From Leidyana gryllorum EB-2025a (lineage: Eukaryota > Protista > Apicomplexa), in contig JBLWGC010000167.1 of NCBI GenBank assembly GCA_048772705.1, forward strand, positions 1 to 34,626: 34,626 bases of DNA. Reading direction: 5' to 3'. Positions within the stretch are counted from its first letter, which is position 1, and each line of letters starts with the position of its first letter. A program made the translations under genes and the position numbers. This document shows positions 29,895-34,626 of the stretch, in pieces. The notes below the pieces were generated by a model. That model was given only the letters and a program-made list of their open reading frames with translations, searched no databases and was not told the origin of the DNA.

Positions 29895-30179
29895 GTAACA
29901 CCTTGTTGTTGAAGCTCGTACACAATAACGGGCGTTTTGCTTCGAATGAGAAGACAGGGTCAAGTTGAGCGAGTATGAGAGGCGACTAGTCAGTACGTAA
30001 CTCAGTGGTAGAGCAGTTGACTGCAGATTAGCAAGTCCGTGGTTCAACTTCCCGCGTGCCCTGAAGTTGGGCTGAAACACTAGAAGATGTTAAACCAACA
30101 TTCCTGACCACAGTGGGTTGCAGAATTCTGCGGTAGAAAGAGGAGGGTCTCTAAACTCACCTCTGAAATATTGTAGCTG

Positions 30180-30252
30180 GGTCTTGTAGCTCAGTCGGCA
30201 GAACGTGTGGCTTTTAACCACAAAGTCGCAGGTTTGAAACCTGACAGGACCG
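30180..30252 (+). pseudogene. tRNA-Asn body with TTT anticodon
   Basis: G34T plus D- and T-arm damage. Confidence 0.8.
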
Positions 30253-30556
30253 GGTTCTGCGACACCGTACTCTCTCAGCGGCCCTTGTGCTTTTGGACCC
30301 TTCCAAGGTCGTAATTCACCCTTAGACCACAAGTGCAATTGCGTAAGAGCTGCAGCACCCCGAGAGACTCGGGCGTTTTCTGCGTTGAGCTGTCTGCAAC
30401 ATACTCAAAAACGGATTTTTCGGGAATCGAATCGAGCAACACTCCCACAAGCGAAGGAAAACCACTTCAACTCGACTTGCGCGGCAGTGGCTCCCCATAC
30501 AGCCAGCAAGCTTGCCTTATTGCATCCAGTGGCTGACCGAATGCCGATACAATGGC

Positions 30557-30636
30557 TGACAAGAGTGGGATTCGAACCCACGCCCTTTCGGACTGCGGCC
30601 TGAACACAGCGCCTTAGACCACTCGGCCATCTTGCC
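30557..30636 (-). tRNA. trnL: tRNA-Leu(CAG), intact
   Basis: Full cloverleaf. Confidence 0.93.
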
Positions 30637-30727
30637 GCACCGTTGTTGGCTCGTCGCTCCACGCTTTTTTGTCCGTGAGCCAAAATAGCAAGACTTCTGA
30701 GGCTGAAGGCCGCCGTGTTTGCGAGCG

Positions 30728-30799
30728 TCCGAGATAGTATAGTGGTTAGTATTTCCGCCTGTCACGCGGAAGACCCGGGTTCGATTCCCGGTCTCGGAG
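30728..30799 (+). tRNA. trnD: tRNA-Asp(GTC), intact
   Basis: Full cloverleaf. Confidence 0.95.
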
Positions 30800-30854
30800 C
30801 ACAGTTGATTTCGCTTAAGATTCTCCCCTTTGGTTCCCGCTGAAAGTTGCGAGC

Positions 30855-30928
30855 TACAGCCACCGAGGATCGAACTCGGGACCTTCTGCGTGTGAAGCAG
30901 ACGTCAGTGACCACTAGACCATGGCTGC
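30855..30928 (-). pseudogene. tRNA-Val(CAC), 1-nt D-arm insertion (mirror 34365-34438)
   Basis: 74 nt. Confidence 0.65.
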
Positions 30929-30991
30929 AGCGAAGGTCCCGCAGACCAAGAGAAGTGGCGAGGTTTTACGAAGTAGTGAGGATTAGTTGTG

Positions 30992-31063
30992 AGGTCGCGC
31001 CGGGAATCGAACCCAGGTCGGGAGATTCAGAGTCTCCAGTGCTAACCACTACACCACGCAACC
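30992..31063 (-). tRNA. trnQ: tRNA-Gln(CTG), intact
   Basis: Full cloverleaf. Confidence 0.93.
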
Positions 31064-31183
31064 CATTCAATCCTTCCCAAAAAAGAGTTGGTAGAGCCAT
31101 CCGGACTAGCGCTACCTCAACTAGATCATCAGGATACGTGTTACCAGAGACACACGCCTTTTTCCCCAGTTCGCAAACCCCGT

Positions 31184-31256
31184 GCAGCCATGGTCTAGTG
31201 GTTACGACGTCTGCTTCACACACAGAAGTTCCCGAGTTTGATCCCCGGTGGCTGTA
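31184..31256 (+). pseudogene. tRNA-Val(CAC) degenerate
   Basis: TTTGA T-loop, stem mismatches. Confidence 0.75.
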
Positions 31257-31311
31257 GCTCGCAACTTTCAGGGAGAACCAAAGGAAACAATCCTAAGCGC
31301 AACCAAGTGTG

Positions 31312-31382
31312 CTCCGAGACCGGGAATCGACCCTGGTCTTCCGCGTGATAGGCGCAAATCCTAATCGCTATACCATCTCGGA
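31312..31382 (-). pseudogene. tRNA-Asp degenerate
   Basis: Many substitutions. Confidence 0.75.
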
Positions 31383-31499
31383 CGCTCCGGAGTTACTAAG
31401 TCCGAATCTGTATCAGAGATCCACTCACTTGATCATACCGACATTCCATATTTTCCAAGACGGCACGGCTCTCGGCCGAAGCCCCAACTCAACCACTCG

Positions 31500-31572
31500 T
31501 CCACTGTAGTCTAAGTGGCTAGGATATGCGGCTCTCACCCGCACGATCCGGGTTCAAGTCGCGGCAGTGGAA
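31500..31572 (+). tRNA. trnE: tRNA-Glu(CTC), one T-stem mismatch
   Basis: CCGGG/CGCGG. Confidence 0.72.
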
Positions 31573-31648
31573 GTCATTGGACCATTCGAGCAAAGTGCTC
31601 CAGTAACCTCCGTCAATAGTGACTGACTCGTGATCTTTGGCGTGCATT

Positions 31649-31720
31649 GCCTTCTTAGCTTAGGGGCAGAGCATTCGCTTAGTAAGCGAAAGGTCGCCGG
31701 TTCGATTCCGGCAGAAGGCT
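31649..31720 (+). tRNA. trnT: tRNA-Thr(AGT), intact
   Basis: Full cloverleaf. Confidence 0.93.
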
Positions 31721-31974
31721 TTGGTCACGACCCAATCAATTCTATAGCTGTTTCCCTCCTGCGCACACTTCGCAGTGCGTCGTTTCGATCGACGGACCTT
31801 TGGGTTATGAGCCCAACACTCTTCCACTGAGCTATACTGCTTAGTCTGCAACATGGAAGAGGAAGCCGAAATACGATTCTCGAAATGTTAATTGCCTTGA
31901 GTGCCGAAGTGGTAACGAGGTGGCTGTGTTACTTCTAAAACTGCTTATCCCATGGGGTCAACCGACAACCAAGA

Positions 31975-32046
31975 GGGCTGTTCTGGGAATCGAACCCAGG
32001 ACTCCTTCCACCCTAAGGAAGGATCATACCACTAGACCAAACAGCC
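31975..32046 (-). tRNA. trnP: tRNA-Pro(AGG), intact
   Basis: Full cloverleaf. Confidence 0.93.
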
Positions 32047-32302
32047 GCCTAGCCGGTGGTTCAACCCGCTGGGTACAGTCGAGAGACTCGTCTCACTATG
32101 TGAAGTATCACTCAATGCCATGAGGTAGGCACAGCGGGAGGCTAGCCCAGATGATGAAACGGTGCTTAGTATACGAAAGGTTCTGGGATCGATTCTCAGC
32201 CCATCCGAACTACATAGATGGAACCCTCGCCGGAGTAGTCTACTTGGCCTATCAACGCTGTCTGCCAAAACCATCAAGTACTTGGCCAATCACCACTCTA
32301 CT

Positions 32303-32382
32303 TCCGGTGGGACGGAATCGAACCGCCGACTATCTGATGCCAGCACTACAGTCAGATGCTCTACCAACTGAGCTACCCCCGG
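32303..32382 (-). tRNA. trnY: tRNA-Tyr(GTA) with 7-nt intron
   Basis: C1:G72, A73; TCTGA-CT-GTA-G[TGCTGGC]A-TCAGA; G5:A68 mismatch. Confidence 0.85.
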
Positions 32383-32576
32383 CCGTCCAACAGCTCCGGG
32401 GTTCGAACGGCTCAACCCCAGATCCTCGCCCTTTCGGACTGCGGTCTGAGCACAGCGCCTTAGACAACTCGGCCATCTTGCCACAATGTTGTTGGTTCGC
32501 CGCTCCACGCGTTTTCTGTGCTTGGAATCTCAAAATGGAAGGACTTTTGGGGTTGGAGGCCGGCGTGTGCAGAGCG

Positions 32577-32647
32577 TCCGAGATAGTATAGTGGTTAGTT
32601 CTTTCGCCTATCACGCGGAAAAGCAGGGTCGATTCCCGGTCTCGGGG
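32577..32647 (+). pseudogene. tRNA-Asp degenerate
   Basis: Many substitutions. Confidence 0.75.
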
Positions 32648-32702
32648 GACAGTTTGTTGCGCTTAGGATTGTTTCCTTTGGATCTCGCTGAAAGTTGCGA
32701 GC

Positions 32703-32775
32703 TACAGCCACCGAGGATCGAACTCGGGACCTTCTGCGCGTTAAGCAGACGTCGTAACGACTAGACTATGGCTGT
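32703..32775 (-). pseudogene. tRNA-Val(AAC) degenerate
   Basis: D-loop GG lost. Confidence 0.7.
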
Positions 32776-33099
32776 ACGGAGCTTCGTGAAAGTGGCGTAT
32801 GTCTTTCGAATCACGTATCCGATGAGCCTGGTTCTATGAACCGGTCTGTATGCTCACAGAATTCGGACGGCATGTAGTAGCTCATTTAGAGAACATCTAA
32901 CGCTCCTGTTACATTTCATCCTGATTCATGCCCCATTGCCTTGAAAGCTACTTGCAGATTTTCCGAGTCGTCTAGTGGTTGCAACAGCCAGCTGTGGCCG
33001 TGCGAAGCCAGTCTCGCTGCTCGACCAATATGTCTCCGGTGTCTCTAATGGAACTCTCTCTTGATGGTTGTACACTTTCATTCGACGGCTCCGTTGATT

Positions 33100-33172
33100 G
33101 GCGCTATGGCCTAATGGATATGGCATTGGTCTACGGAACCGGGGATTCTGGGTTCGAGTCCCAGTAGCGTCT
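33100..33172 (+). tRNA. trnR: tRNA-Arg(ACG), best copy
   Basis: Acceptor pairs, GTTCGAGT. Confidence 0.85.
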
Positions 33173-33317
33173 GGGCGACTGGTCGGGTTCCAGCCCCTCA
33201 CGATTGCTCGACGATTGCTGCAACTCAGTTTTTGTCTCAGCTGGCTTCCTTGTTGTGGATACAGCATCTCCGTGCACCCTTTTGACAGGAGGAGATCCAT
33301 CGAGAGAAGTTCCACTA

Positions 33318-33390
33318 GGGAGTGTATCGCAGCCGGTAGCGCGTAGGTCTCATAATCCTGAAGTCGAGAGTTCGATCCTCTCCACTCCCA
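33318..33390 (+). pseudogene. Elongator tRNA-Met, D-stem mutated
   Basis: G10T. Confidence 0.65.
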
Positions 33391-33568
33391 CGGTCGGAAT
33401 CGAAACCGCCGACCAACTCATCATGCTACCATTTTGCAGTCGGGAATCGCACACAGGTTATCTCGATGGCACCGAGCGACTCTTCCACTAGACCACAGAT
33501 GTAGAACACGATCTTGTGAATCTTGTACGTGGTGACAGCCAATCCTCTTAAGCCTATCGATGCAACAA

Positions 33569-33640
33569 AGCCTTCTGCCGGAATCGAACCGGCGACTTCT
33601 CGCTTACGAAGCGAACGCTCTGCCCCTAAGCTAAGAAGGC
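33569..33640 (-). tRNA. trnT: tRNA-Thr(CGT), intact
   Basis: Full cloverleaf. Confidence 0.92.
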
Positions 33641-33733
33641 AACTTAGATGGAGAATCATGTATCAGTTGTATCGACGAAAGTTAGCCGGGGGCATGCTGG
33701 GACCCAGTCGCAGGTTGTCCTGACTACAACGGC

Positions 33734-33813
33734 TGACAAGAATGGGATTCGAACCCACGCCCTTTCGGACTGTGGCCTGAAGACAGCGTTTGAGACGACT
33801 AGGCCATCTTTCC
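33734..33813 (-). pseudogene. tRNA-Leu(CAG) degenerate
   Basis: Many substitutions. Confidence 0.75.
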
Positions 33814-33908
33814 GGAACGTTGTTGGCTCGCCCTTCCACGCGTTTCCTGTACTTGGAATCTCAAAATGGAAGGTCTTCTGGGGTTGGAGGCCGGGGTATT
33901 CACGAGCG

Positions 33909-33980
33909 TCCGAGATAGTATAGTGGTTAGTATTTCCGCCTGTCACGCGGAAGACCCGGGTTCGATTCCCGGTCTCGGAG
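33909..33980 (+). tRNA. trnD: tRNA-Asp(GTC), intact
   Basis: Identical to 30728. Confidence 0.95.
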
Positions 33981-34035
33981 CACAGTTGGTTCCGCTCAAA
34001 ATTGTCTCCTTTGGTTCTCGCTGAAAGTTGCGAGC

Positions 34036-34108
34036 TACAGCCACCGAGGATCGAACTCGGGATCTTCTGCGTGTGAAGCAGACGTCGTGACCGCTAGACC
34101 ATGGCTGC
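34036..34108 (-). tRNA. trnV: tRNA-Val(CAC), near-intact
   Basis: Stems pair. Confidence 0.85.
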
Positions 34109-34229
34109 ACGGGGTTTGCGGACTGGGGAAAAACGCGTGTGTCTCTGGTAACACGTATCCTGATGATCTAGTTGAGGGAGTGCTAGTCCGGATGGCGCTA
34201 CCAACTCTTTTTTTGGGAAGGACTGGATG

Positions 34230-34301
34230 GGTTGCGTGGTGTAGTGGTCAGCACTGGAGACTCTGAATCTCCCGACCTGGGTTCGATTCCCGGCGCGACC
34301 T
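34230..34301 (+). tRNA. trnQ: tRNA-Gln(CTG), intact
   Basis: Full cloverleaf. Confidence 0.92.
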
Positions 34302-34493
34302 CAAAACTAGTCCTCACTACTTGGTAAAACCTCGCCACTTCTCTTGGTCTGCGGGACCTTCGCTGCAGCCATGGTCTAGTGGTCACGGACGTCTGCTTCA
34401 CACGCAGAAGGTCCCGAGTTCGATCCTCGGTGGCTGTAGCTCGCAACTTTCAGCGGGAACCAAAGGGGAGAATCTTAAGCGAAATCAACTGTG

Positions 34494-34565
34494 TTCCGAG
34501 ACCGGGAATCGAACCCGGGTCTTCCGCGTGACAGGCGGAAATACTAACCACTATGCTATCTCGGA
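34494..34565 (-). tRNA. trnD: tRNA-Asp(GTC) variant (A73, D-stem change)
   Basis: Two substitutions versus 33909. Confidence 0.65.
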
Positions 34566-34626
34566 CGCTCCCAAACACGCCGGCCTTCAGCCTCAGACGT
34601 CTTACCAGTTTCGAGATTCTAGGGAC

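Larger units (their letters stand above)
4200..34626. repeat. tRNA gene/pseudogene mosaic array
   Basis: Continuous tRNA-plus-flank modules repeated in both orientations. Confidence 0.95.

Noticed and set aside
4192-34446. Numerous 60-200 aa ORFs in the track
   Set aside because: They run through tRNA genes on both strands, many start at non-ATG codons, and they recur only because the DNA is duplicated; indels between copies ignore frame
4200-34626. CRISPR-like repeat-spacer array
   Set aside because: The repeats are many different tRNAs in both orientations, spacers recur with their genes, and there are no cas genes
1-34626. Bacterial or phage tRNA array
   Set aside because: Eukaryotic iMet hallmarks, A34 isoacceptors for eight families, C1:G72 Tyr with an intron, mixed strands
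1-34626. tRNA-derived SINE family
   Set aside because: All isotypes are present with conserved 5' flanks, and there are no A-tails or target-site duplications; duplication is DNA-level

Overview
This is eukaryotic nuclear DNA, not prokaryotic: the initiator tRNA is eukaryote-type, A34 isoacceptors are present, tRNA-Tyr has an intron, and CCA is not encoded. Apart from one 3.56-kb island (432-3993), the window is a dense, both-strand mosaic of tRNA genes, pseudogenes and fragments. A rough manual count gives more than 150 loci, about one per 200 bp, covering all 20 amino acids plus initiator Met. The array is built from kb-scale direct and inverted duplications of several ages. Several rearrangement junctions fall inside tRNA genes, isoacceptors often differ only at the wobble base, most genes lack oligo-T terminators, and many 'spacers' are decayed tRNAs. 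The non-tRNA island has ~1.16-kb near-identical inverted arms, and both of its ends abut the same nucleotide of two diverged tRNA-Lys relics. One arm frame runs ~427 codons with 14 TAG/TAA and no TGA. No recognisable protein gene was found, and the ORF track over the array is incidental. All coordinates and counts were read by eye.
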